64,000 nucleotides of DNA from positions 591,462 through 655,461 of the forward strand of contig BOKM01000001.1 in assembly GCA_016860985.1 (NCBI GenBank). Reading direction: 5' to 3'. Position numbers and translations under genes: made by a program. The notes under the pieces are model-generated. The model had not been told where the DNA came from. It made no database searches and saw only the letters and a program-made list of their open reading frames with translations. Of the stretch, positions 28,684 to 40,600 are shown piece after piece. Every line of letters starts with the position of its first letter. The stretch's first letter is position 1. Source of the DNA: Patescibacteria group bacterium. GTDB lineage: Bacteria; Patescibacteriota; Dojkabacteria; GCA-002793355.

Positions 28684-31600
28684 ATGAGAAACAGAAGCGG
28701 GCAGAGCCCCTCCGCTTTCCTTCGGGTAACGCTTTTTGCGTTGCTTTTGACGACTTTTTCATTCTTGGGGCAAGTTCGTGCAGCGACGACTGACACAATT
28801 TCTTTTCAAAGCAAGCTTACAAATACCGATGGTACAAACATTTCGAACGGTACGTACAACTTCCGTTTTCGAATGTACTCCGTGTCTTCCGGTGGCACTT
28901 CCCACTGGACTGAAGATAGATCGTTAGTCGTGAATGCTGGCGTTGTGTCTGTTGATTTGGGGGCGGTTCAAAGTTTTCCATCGGATCTATTTGATTATTC
29001 TGATCTCTATCTTCAGGTCTGTTTCGATGCAAATGGAACTGACTTGGATAGCTCTGATGCGAATTGTGGAAGCGGTTCACATCGCTATGAAGAGGTATTT
29101 TCGACAAGAAAAGCAATTACTGCTGTCCCTGTGGCATTTAGAGCAAAATACCTAACGGATGGTGCAGGTAATGCCTACGGGTTTAACGATTTCTTTATCC
29201 AAGGAGGCAATGCCTTTGGGGCGGTTGGGGTTATCGGAACTACTGATAATTATGGTCTTGAATTTAGAACTAACAATTCAGTAGTAGGCTCTTTTGATAC
29301 TTCTGGTACCTTTGAAATGGCAGGGCTAGCAAAAATAGGTGCGGTTGCCATCGATGATGCGCCGTCGAACACTTATGGTCCAGCGCTCTGGGGCGGCACT
29401 TTTAACAATGGATTAACAATTAAACGGGACCTTGTAGACCTTTCAATGCAGGTAGTAACAGGGAGTCTTACGGAATTAAATATTAACCCATCTGCAACTC
29501 CGATAGCAGATTCAGTTGGTTCACTAACGTTAGTGTATAGCAATGCTGCAAATTCTGAGAATCTATCAAGCCTGTATGGTGTTTATGGAGAGACGATACA
29601 TAGTAGTTCAGGTACGGCAGATTATTTATACGGTGGTCATTTTTCAGCTTCGAGGGATACTAGTACCGGAGGGGCAGTGGGTACAACTTATGGAATTAGC
29701 GCATATGCCGCTGATGGCGATAATATAATTGCTGGAAGTTTTGTAGCTAATAGACAATTGGGCGCAACAAATGTAGACACCAAAGGCGTTAGCTCATTCG
29801 TTTCCAATCAATATGCACAGTCTTCTGGTGTCGACAATACATATGGGTCCTATGTGAGTGTATCAAGACAAAATGCAACAGGTGGCACTGTAAATACGTA
29901 TGGTATTTATGCCGAACTTGGTGGCGATAATGCTGGGTCTGGGGTGCATACAACCTACGGTTTATATCTCGAAAATTTTGGAGGTGGCGATACAAACTAT
30001 GCGATTTATACAAATGGTACAACGCCTAGCAGATTCGGTGGAAGTATTACGACCGAAGGTATTCTTGGCATCAAAGAAACCGGTACGACACCTACGTACT
30101 ACACATACTTTCAAGGTGGGGACCAAGCAGGTGATATTACCTATACTTTGCCTACGGCTTCGAGTAACGGGGTACTTACCAACACGGGTGGCGTACTGAG
30201 CTGGGCAGCAGGTGGCGGTGGAATTAGCCAAGTTGGTTCAATGACTAGTTCTGTGGTTTTTGGTGATGTAACTGCAGACGATGACTGGCTTGGTTTGGGT
30301 GCTTCGGCGGGGAGGATTGAATTTGATGATTTAACCATCGATGAAATAAACATTCTTGGTGCGAGAGTTGGTATTGGAACTTCGACGCCTACTGACGCAC
30401 TGTCGTTAGTTGTGAATGAAACAGATAATGCGATTTGGGGTGGCGGTGTATCTGTATTTTATGATTATGCTCCAGCAACAGCAGGCACTGGGTATCCAAT
30501 TGGAATAATAAATTCAGTGAGTGTGGGCGTCGGGAATGCCAATGGAATGAGCGGTTTAATTGGTATACAAAACGAAGTCTCAAATGACGGAAGTGGAGAT
30601 ATAGATAATCTCATTGGTATGATCACTTCTGCTTACAATTCAGGGTCGAATCAGGTCACTTCGATTATGGGTGCATCAATCTCTGCTGGGGCTTCTGGGG
30701 GCGGTGCAACAAATCTAATTGGATTGAATGTTTCTGCTAATGACACTATTCCAGGCGTTACTAACCTGTATGGAATCTATGTCGGAGCATTCAACGATGG
30801 AATCGGAGATACACAAAATCGTTACACTCTCTATCTTGCAGAAGATGAAGATGGAAGCACGGCAGTGAATGATTTTGGCCTGTATTCAGCTGACCCAAAT
30901 GTAGTGAACTACTTTGCAGGAAATGTTGGTATTGGAACTGTTTCACCAACAAGTTTTGTACTGCAGGTGGCTGGAGACATTGGCCCTGACGCTGACGATA
31001 CATACGATTTAGGATCTTCTTCTTTGAGATTTAGGGATTTGTATTTAGGTGGAAACACATTGCATATTGGAAGCTCCTTAACAGACGAAGGTACCATATC
31101 TTATAACACCACGACCAACGTTTTAGGAATCTCTACAGACTCAACGACTAATGGTGATATTGCGTTCTTTACTAATCAACTCTTCTTGGATAAGTCGAGT
31201 GGCAATGTCGGAATTGGAACAACTGCACCACTTTCAACACTAAATATTGCAGATAACACTGGCCCTGTAACGCTTACCTCAACGTTATTGGGTGATCCAG
31301 GAACAACAGGGGCGCTAGGAAGGTATGCATTTAGAGCGGAAACAACGGAAGCCCCAAGTTGGACAACAGTTTACAACACACCAGAGGTAACGGTATCAGC
31401 CTTTGCGTATGATTATGAGAATGGAGTTATGTACGCGGCTGCAGGTGGCGGAAATGGTGTAATTTATCGTTGTGTAGTATCTTCTGGTTGTGATGTTTCA
31501 GGCGATTGGACGGAAGTGTACGATGCAGCTAGTTTGTGGGATCAACCTGCCATTGTGTTTGATGCTGCAACAAATACGGTCTTCTCTACATCTGATGGAG

Positions 31601-34600
31601 TGGTGTCGCGTTGTGATACGAGTACTGGTTGTGACGCACCTGGTGATTGGGCAAATGTATTCACGAGTGGTGATGATGATGTACTTTCACTCGGAGTTGA
31701 TACCGCTAATAGTGTTCTTTACGTTGGTTCAGCATGGACACAAGGAATAATTTACCGATGTGATATTGCAGCAACTAGTTGTGATGCTTCTGGCGACTTT
31801 ACTACAAGTTTTGACACTCCAGACGATGGTCTTACCTCAATGGTCTATGATGCTACAAATGGCACGATGTACGCGGGCAGTGAATGGGGAGGTGAAGTGT
31901 ATCGTTGTGACACAGCAACGGATTGTGACGCCGGAACTGACTGGACTGTATCAGGAGATCTTCCTGGTTCCGGAAATCTAATTCACGCACTTGCAATCGA
32001 TACCGCAAACGATATTTTATATGCATCGTCAGATGATGTCATTTATCGGTGTCCTTTGAGCAGTGGTTGTGATGCTCTTACCGACTGGTCAATCTCGTAT
32101 GATACGAATCTCTCTGGTGTCTACAGTTTAGGGTACGATACTGTACACGAAAGAATGTTTGCAGGAACAGGAAACACCGGAATTGTATATCAATGTGCGA
32201 CTTCTACCGGTTGTGACAGCTCGAGCGATTGGTCAGTATCTTATGATTCGACACAAACCTCGATATTAAGTATTGGTGTAGTGAATGGAGTTGTGTATGC
32301 GGGTAGTGGAAATGGCGGTTTTATCTATCGATTTGATGATAATACTTCTCCGACCTACGCAAACTACGCAGCGATAGAAGCTTATGCAGTTGATACAGTT
32401 ACAGGCTCAGAAGATGGCCGACTATCGTTTAAAACAATGCTTGGTGGAACTGAATATGAGTCACTTCGAGTTTCCGGTAATGCTTCTACGTTTTATAGCT
32501 CACTTTCTTTGGGTACTTCTTCGGCTGGATATGATGCGACATTTAATGCTTCTGGTGTAAATCGTTCTCTTTTCTGGGAATCCTCGACGGGGAGATTGAT
32601 AGGTAGAGATGGTACAAATCCGATGGTTATGTTTACTACTCAACCAAGCACCGCGGATGGTGTCTTTACCTCCTTTAACGCTACCGGCACTTCGAAGGTG
32701 GTCCAGTTCGGTAATGCTGCAATGAATATTGGTGGTGGAGGTAAGTTCCGACTGTTTAATCAGCCAACGTGGGCAGTTGGAGAAGATCCAGGAGCAATGA
32801 GTGCGGTAGAAACACTCGAAATGAACTCGGCAACAGGTTCAATTGGCATTAATCCAAGTGGAAACGCTTCTGCACCTACAACTGAGAATATCCGGATAAC
32901 AACTAATGTAAGTGTGGCAGCAGATATTACCGGACTGTATATTACCGGAAGTAATCCAGGAGGAAGTTGGACCGCAGGGTATTTTGGGGGAAATGTAGGA
33001 ATAGGTGCGACTGGTGTTCCAAATGCCACGCTAAATGTTAGGGGAAGTGCAAATCAAGTGCAGTTTGCAGTAAGAAATAATGGTACGCAAAGTGCAAATA
33101 TGGTTGAGTTTCAGAATTCTTCTGGTACTGCTTTAACTTCCATAAACTCAAGTGGTCATCTTGATTTGTCGGGCAATGCAATTCCAAATGCATGGAATAC
33201 GGTATTAAAATTTAATAATGACACATTAGGGGCTACTGAACTCGCTGGTGGTTTTACGAATGGTTTTATCCGTTCCTCTACAGGCAGATTGCTTGTTAAC
33301 TATATTACTGATAATGCAGCAAACTCACTTTTTGGCGGTGGAGTTAATGGTGATGCCTATAGGCGTTTCACGATGGGTGGTGACGGAAAATGGAGTGTTG
33401 GAGATGGAACAGGGCTTCAAGATACGAACTTATACCGATCTGCTGCAAATCAGTGGACTACAGATGATTCTTTTAGAATAAAGGGAACGCTTGGAGTGAT
33501 GGAAGGCACTGGGGCTACATACTACACTATTTTCCAGGGTGGAGACCAAGCTGGAGATATTACCTATACTTTGCCAACCGCCTCGTCAAATGGCTTCTTG
33601 CAAAATACAGGCGGGTTACTCAGTTGGGCAGCCGGAAGTAGTAGCGTAACTGTCGGTTCAATGACAGGGGGAACCTTGTTTGCCGATGCCACCGCAGATG
33701 ATGATTGGCTAGGTTTAGGGGCAAGTGCAGGTCGCATAGCCTTTGATGATCAAACAACTGACTACGTGAACATTTTAGATGCGAATGTCGGTATCGGAAT
33801 TGCAGCACCAACAGAACGACTTCATATAGCAAACAATGGGGACACGTACTTAAATATCAACGCAACTAATGGATCTGGACAGATAAGCGGCCTTAAACTG
33901 CAACGGGGAACGTGGTTAACCGATACGTATACTGATTACAGTCTCTACGTTTCTAACGGTGATTTTATGATTGACACGCTTGATGACAACGTGACAACGA
34001 ACGTTTTTCATATAGACGGAGCAACCGGCTATACCGGTATTGGAATGTCAACGACAGCAAATCGATTGGCTGTAAAAGGTGGGCAATCAGTAGCCACTAT
34101 TGGTGTGAGTAATTTGATTACGGCAGACGGCACCTTTGCTACTTCGAGTGGGTGGACAGCAGGTTCAGGGTGGAGTATTGGTTCCGGAGTCGTGACTCAC
34201 ACAACAGGTAACACTGCGACATTGTCCGGAACGACTGGTGCAACCGACGATGATCTCGTTTATCAGGTTAATTTTACGGTTGCGGTGACAACTGCGGGTG
34301 ATGGGTTTACGGTATCGCTTGGCGGGAACGATGCGGGAACAACAATAACTACGGCTGGTGCAAAGGTATTGTATATTCGCCCAACTGATTTAACTGGTAC
34401 CCTCGTCTTTACCCCAGGACCTGCTGGAACTTTTGTTGGAACGATTGATGACGTAACAGTATATGCAATAAGTCAATCTAATGCTGATGTTTTGGTCCAA
34501 AACAGCAACGGAACTACTAATCCTCTCGAGTTACGCGCAGGAGGTAGTGGAGCGCTAAGCACATTTATCGGTACTAACGCAGGTCGTTACAATACGACAA

Positions 34601-37600
34601 CAGGTGGTGGTGGAAATGGTTTGTACAACACCTTTGTTGGTTATAACTCCGGAAGGTTTAACGCAACAGGAAATAGTAATACAACCCTTGGGCACTACGC
34701 TTTGGCACGAAATACAACTGGTTACTCTAATACTGCAATCGGTACGTGGGCAATGGAATATAACATCTCTGGCTATCGAAATAGCGCTTTTGGAGATGGC
34801 GCTTTAGGTCTGAACACCACGGGCTACGAAAATAGTGGTTTTGGCATGTACTCGCTTGCAGAAAATACAACAGGTAATCGTAATGTTGCACTTGGTTACG
34901 CCGCACTTGAAGAAAACACAACGGGACATAGCAACATTTCAGTGGGTAGTCGTTCAGGTCGTTATTTGGCAGATGGGTCTACTCCCAATACGAATTCAAT
35001 CGAGTCAATTTTCATTGGAACTGATACAGAAGCACTCGCGGCCAGTGGAACAAACGAGATTGTGATTGGCTATGCAGCAGAAGGGTTAGGAAGTAACTCT
35101 GTGGTTCTTGGAAATGATTCCATTATAAAAACACTTTTGCGAGGTAATGTGGGTATCGGTGCAAGTTCAAGCAACCAATTGTATGTTTACGATGGGCAAT
35201 GGGCCGATACCGTCAACCCACAAGTATTGATTTATGGAGTAGATAATGAAACCCAAGTAAAGGCACTTTCGATTGTAGATGAAAACGATAATGAGTACTT
35301 TTATGTACGTTCGACGACCGATGATCGTGGAGAAACATACTTCTTAGGAGATGTTGGAATAGGTGTCGAATCTCCTGCCTATGCACTCTCGGTTCAGGCG
35401 GCAGCCGGACAAGATGCAATAAACTGGAGAAACCCGACATACGAATTAGGTCGGTTAGGATATTCGACGGATAATGACAGTGGTTGGTTAGGTCTTTATC
35501 GTAATGGTTCAAGTGAGGTTGAAATTAAAGCAAATGGTGATTCTTATTTTAATGGTGGGGATGTTGGTATTGGTTTAGATTATGCAAATACTCGATTGCA
35601 CGTGAAAGGATCTAGTTCCCTCGCAAGTGTAGGGGTGACCAATTTAGTCACCGCAGACGGTACTTTTGCGACATCCTCAGGATGGACAGAGGGAACAGGT
35701 TGGACAATTGGTTCTGGTGTTGCAACGCACGCAACAGGGAATACAGGAATACTTTCAGGTACAACTACAGCAACAAATACATCAACCGTTTATCAAGTAA
35801 ACTTTACAACAACAGTTACAACAGCAGGTGATGGATTAACAGTATCCCTCGGTGGGCAAGACGCAGGTGAAACAATTACAACTGCTGGTGCAAAAACACT
35901 ATATATCGTTCCGTCAGCAGGCACAGGAACACTTGAGTTTAAACTCGGAGCACTTGGTACGTTTGTCGGTACTATTGATGATGTAACAGTGTATGCGTTA
36001 ACGGGTTCCACAGCAGATGCAACATTCGAAAGTAGCAATGGTACGAGCAGCCCGATTGAGTTACGAGCAGGAAGAAGCTCAAGCAACAATACCTTTATTG
36101 GAACGAATGCAGGTAGCTTTAGTACAATAAGCGGTGGGGGAACTTACAACACCTTTATTGGTTATGATTCTGGGCGATACACTACAACAGCTAGTAGAAA
36201 TACTGCACTTGGCACTTGGTCCTTTGCCCAAAACACAACTGGTTATCGAAGCACCGCAATTGGATATTCTGCGTTGAGTGAAAATACAACTGGTTACAGA
36301 AACACTGCACTTGGTTCGAACGCCTTAGAACTAAATACAACAGGGTATGATAACGCAGCCGTTGGAACGTACGCGCTTAATGTGAACACAACGGGTTACG
36401 AAAATGCTTCTTTGGGCATCTACTCACTTGAGGCAAATACAACAGGAAACCGAAATGTTGCAATTGGTTTTGCTGCATTGGAGAATAACACCACAGGGTA
36501 TCGCAATACCGCAATCGGTAGCCGTTCGGGGCGCTACCTTGCCGATGGGGTGACGTCAAATACAAACTCAATATCATCCATTTTCATTGGTTCGGATACA
36601 GAGGCACTTGCAGCAAGTGGCACAAATGAAATTGTGATTGGTTACGGAGCAGAAGGGTTAGGAAGTAACTCGGTAGTACTCGGTAACGACTCCATAACAA
36701 AAACATTACTGCAAGGTAACGTAGGAATTGGTGCGAGTTCAAACAATCAATTATATGTGTACGACTCACAATGGGCAGATATTACGAATCCACAAGTATT
36801 GATTTATGGAGTAGACAACGAAACACAGGTTAAGGCACTTTCGATTGTCGATGAAAATGATAATGAATATTTCTACGTAAGGTCTTCACCCGATGATAAA
36901 GGCGAAACTTATTTTAATGGTGACGTTGGAATTGGAGTAGAATCTCCTGCCTACAAACTAGCGGTTGGTGGAACGCTCGGTATTCTTGAAGGTGGGAGTA
37001 CACCAAGCTTTTATACAATCTTCCAAGGTGGTGATCAGTCGGCAAATCTTACCTACACGTTGCCAACGACTTCTACAAACGGTGTATTGACCAATACTGC
37101 AGGCGTTTTGAGTTGGGTTGCCGGTGGTGGTGGCGGTATTGGGCAGGTTGGTTCGATGACGGGCACTCCGGCTTTTGGCGATGCAACCGCAGACGATGAT
37201 TGGTTAGGTTTAGGTGCGAGTGCGGGAAGAATAGCGTTTGATGACCAAGCAATAGACTACGTCAATATTCTTGATGCGAATGTTGGAATTGGATACGCTA
37301 CGCCAACTGCGAGATTAGATATTCAAGGTACTGTGACCGAAGCTTCGCTCGGAGCTGAAATGATTACTGCAACTGCAGACCGTGATTTCTCTTCTTGGAC
37401 TGGAAATTGGTCGGGCACTGATTGGGCACCAAGTGGTGACGGAAGAGCAAGGCACTTAATTTCAGTTGGCTTTTCGCATCCATTTTCTTTAAGTAATGCT
37501 GCGTTGTCTGCGGCACCAGCTTCCGGGAATGTTTATAAAATTACATTTACGGTAGAAACTTCTACCGTGGGCTCTCTCCTTGTTAGTATCGGGGGTGCAA

Positions 37601-40600
37601 ACTCGGGTGTTTTAGTTGGAAAACAATTGAATACTGAAACTCATACAGTAGTCATCACTGCAACAGGCACAGGTGCACTAACATTTACACCTAACACAGG
37701 TGGATGGGAAGGTTACCTGGATGATATCTCTGTGGTTCAGGTTACACCTACCAATGCTGTAGAAATATTAAGAAATGCAGATGGAACAATTGGGTCAGAA
37801 TTACGTGCCGGTGGTTCAGCTCTATATAATACTTTTGTAGGTAACTCAAGTGGCCAAGCCAATACAACAGGGTACAACAATGCAGCTTTAGGACGTCAGG
37901 CTTTAGGGCACAATATTGCCGGATATCGGAATAGTGCAGTCGGGTACAACGCCCTCTATGAGAATACGATTGGTCATGATAACGTTGCATTTGGTACATT
38001 CGCTTCTCGTTGGAATAACATTGGAAATTACAATACTTCGGTCGGTGTATATGCACTTGGAAGTTCAACAAGCGGCTCTTATAACACAAGTATTGGTTAT
38101 CAATCACTTTACAATGTAACAAGTGGCAATAATAACACCGCGTTTGGTAGTTCTGTGGGGTATTCTTTGAGTACTGGAGCGAATAATGTATTGTTTGGCT
38201 ATCAGGCAGGAGACAATCTTACCTCTGGCTCCAACAATATCGTTATCGGTTACAATGTTGATGCGCCATCTGCTACGGCTTCGAACCAACTCAATATTGG
38301 CAACTTTATTTTTGGAACAGGAATCGATGGTACGGGTACAACAGTATCGAACGGCAGGATTGGTATTGGGACAACTGCGCCACAAACTACTTTTGACGTA
38401 GCTGGTTCCGGAGCATTTAGCGCGCTTGGTGTGAAGTATATTACAGGCTCTATTGATCCAACTGCTTCAACTACCGTTACCGGTACAGGCACGCTCTTCT
38501 TAAGTGAAGTTGATCCAGGAGACAGAATCGCACTAGATGGCACAGCTACTATTACAGGTTCCATTGACCCTACTGCGTCAACTGCAGTAACTGGAGTTGG
38601 AACGCTCTTCCTTACTGAGCTTAAGGTTGGTGATCAAATTACCGTTAATTCCGAGACTCGAACTGTTATCGCAATTGCCTCGAACACTGCTTTGACCGTT
38701 GGTGTTGCTTTTACTGACACAGCAAACGACACATCAATAGTGCGAACGTCAACCGAAATAAGAACGGTTGTTTCTATTGCTTCCAACACTTCCTTAACAG
38801 TCGACAGGGCATACCTCGATAATAGTGCAGATAGCCAAATTACAGTGTATCGAGATACCTTTGATGTGACAGGTGCAGCCCTATTTAAAGGTGGTGCTTT
38901 GTTTACGGGACTTGGAACTCCAGGTGCGCCAACAGTCACTCCTCAAGGCACTACTGGCGCTGCAACATGGACATATAAAATTTCAGCGGTCAATGCAACA
39001 GGCAATGAAACAGTGCTGTCTGCAGATGGTTCAACCACCTCAGGTAATGCCACTTTGTCAGGGACAAATTTCAATAGAATTACATGGTCCGAAACTCCAG
39101 GTGCCGCTGCGTATAGAATTTATCGCGTCGCAACGGGTACTTCTCCAAACACCTCGGGGTACATTGGAACAGTTGATGCACACAGTACATTGCAGTTTGA
39201 TGACACGGGTATTGGTATCATGGGTGGTTACTCAGGGAGTGTATTCGATGAAACAAGTAACGTAGGAATTGGCACACTTAAAACACCACCACGAGACACA
39301 CTCACGGTAGACGGAAGGATTAATCAGACATGGCACTATATGTTTGAGGATTTCTTTGGAGGCAGAGCAAACCAGACGGCAAACGCAGTAATCAACGCAG
39401 GCAATGCAATGAGTTTTGCAAGAATCGGAACATCGGGTTGTACAGCTTCTTATCCGAGTGTCGCAAACGGAGTATATAGAATGACATCTGGTGCTACGGC
39501 GGCCTTAGGTTGTTTGCTTTCTCAGGCTGGTACTGCAGGGTTACCAAATATTAAGCAAGTTGATGTCTCACTCGCGCCAGTGCTTGAAGTGGTCCTTAAC
39601 CCAGGAGCGACTTCGGCAAAAACAATGATTGTTGGTTTTTCTAACCAGACAACCGCAACGGTTGCCGAACCTACTGCAGGCTTGTATTTCTATGCCAGCA
39701 CGGCAGGTACTCCTTCTGATCAATGGATAGCGGTTGCCCGTAACGCATCTGTTTCAACCACACAGGCCACAGGAGTCACAACAAACACAAATACGTATCA
39801 AGTTCTGAGGATTGAAGCATCAGCTACTCATGCACGCTACTATATTAACGATGTACTTGTTGCAGATTTGAGAACAAATATTCCTGCGTCAGGTGCAACC
39901 CTCGAATTCGTAGTCGGTCACGCGACAACGGCAGCAGCAGCTAAAACGGTGGACATTGATTCAATTGAGTTCTGGCAAGATGATCCAGTGGTTTCAGGTA
40001 TGCCTGGACAGTTGCCCGCAGGCTTTGATGGTTCAAACTTACTTCAGAATCACATGCTTTACAGTGATACAACCTACGCGAAAGGTGCAAGCGAAGAAAC
40101 GATTCCAGAAGGCTACGTCGTCTCGTTTACTGATAGCACAGAATTCGATGATAACGGAAAGAATAGATTAGTGTACAACATTGAAAAATCAAAAGCTGGA
40201 GATTCGACCGTTCTTGGTATTGGTTCAGGACTTATTGATCCAAATGCACCTTTTGAAATTGGATTAAATCCATATGCTGTTGCACTCTACGGTCCAACCT
40301 ATGCGTGGGTAGAAGAGGGTGGAGAAACAAATATTACCCTTGGACAAGAGCTAAGACTTTCGAGTAAATCAGAAGGTGTTCTGTCGGTTGAAGGTGGACA
40401 GATAATTGCACGTTCACTAGAAGTCGTAGACTGGAATGTCATTGATGGAGTCGAAGGGCAATCAAAGCGAAAACTCATTAAGGTCTTTGCAATGAATGGT
40501 GGCTCACAAAATGCTGCTCTGGTTGCAGGTGGGGTAAGTAACTACTTTACGGCAGTTGATGATTCCTCGATCCAGACACCATACAGACTTATTGCCAATT

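Noticed and set aside
34060-36960. Diversity-generating retroelement TR/VR pair suggested by near-identical repeats
   Set aside because: Both copies are in-frame coding, the differences are mostly synonymous and not adenine-specific, and no reverse transcriptase is in the window.
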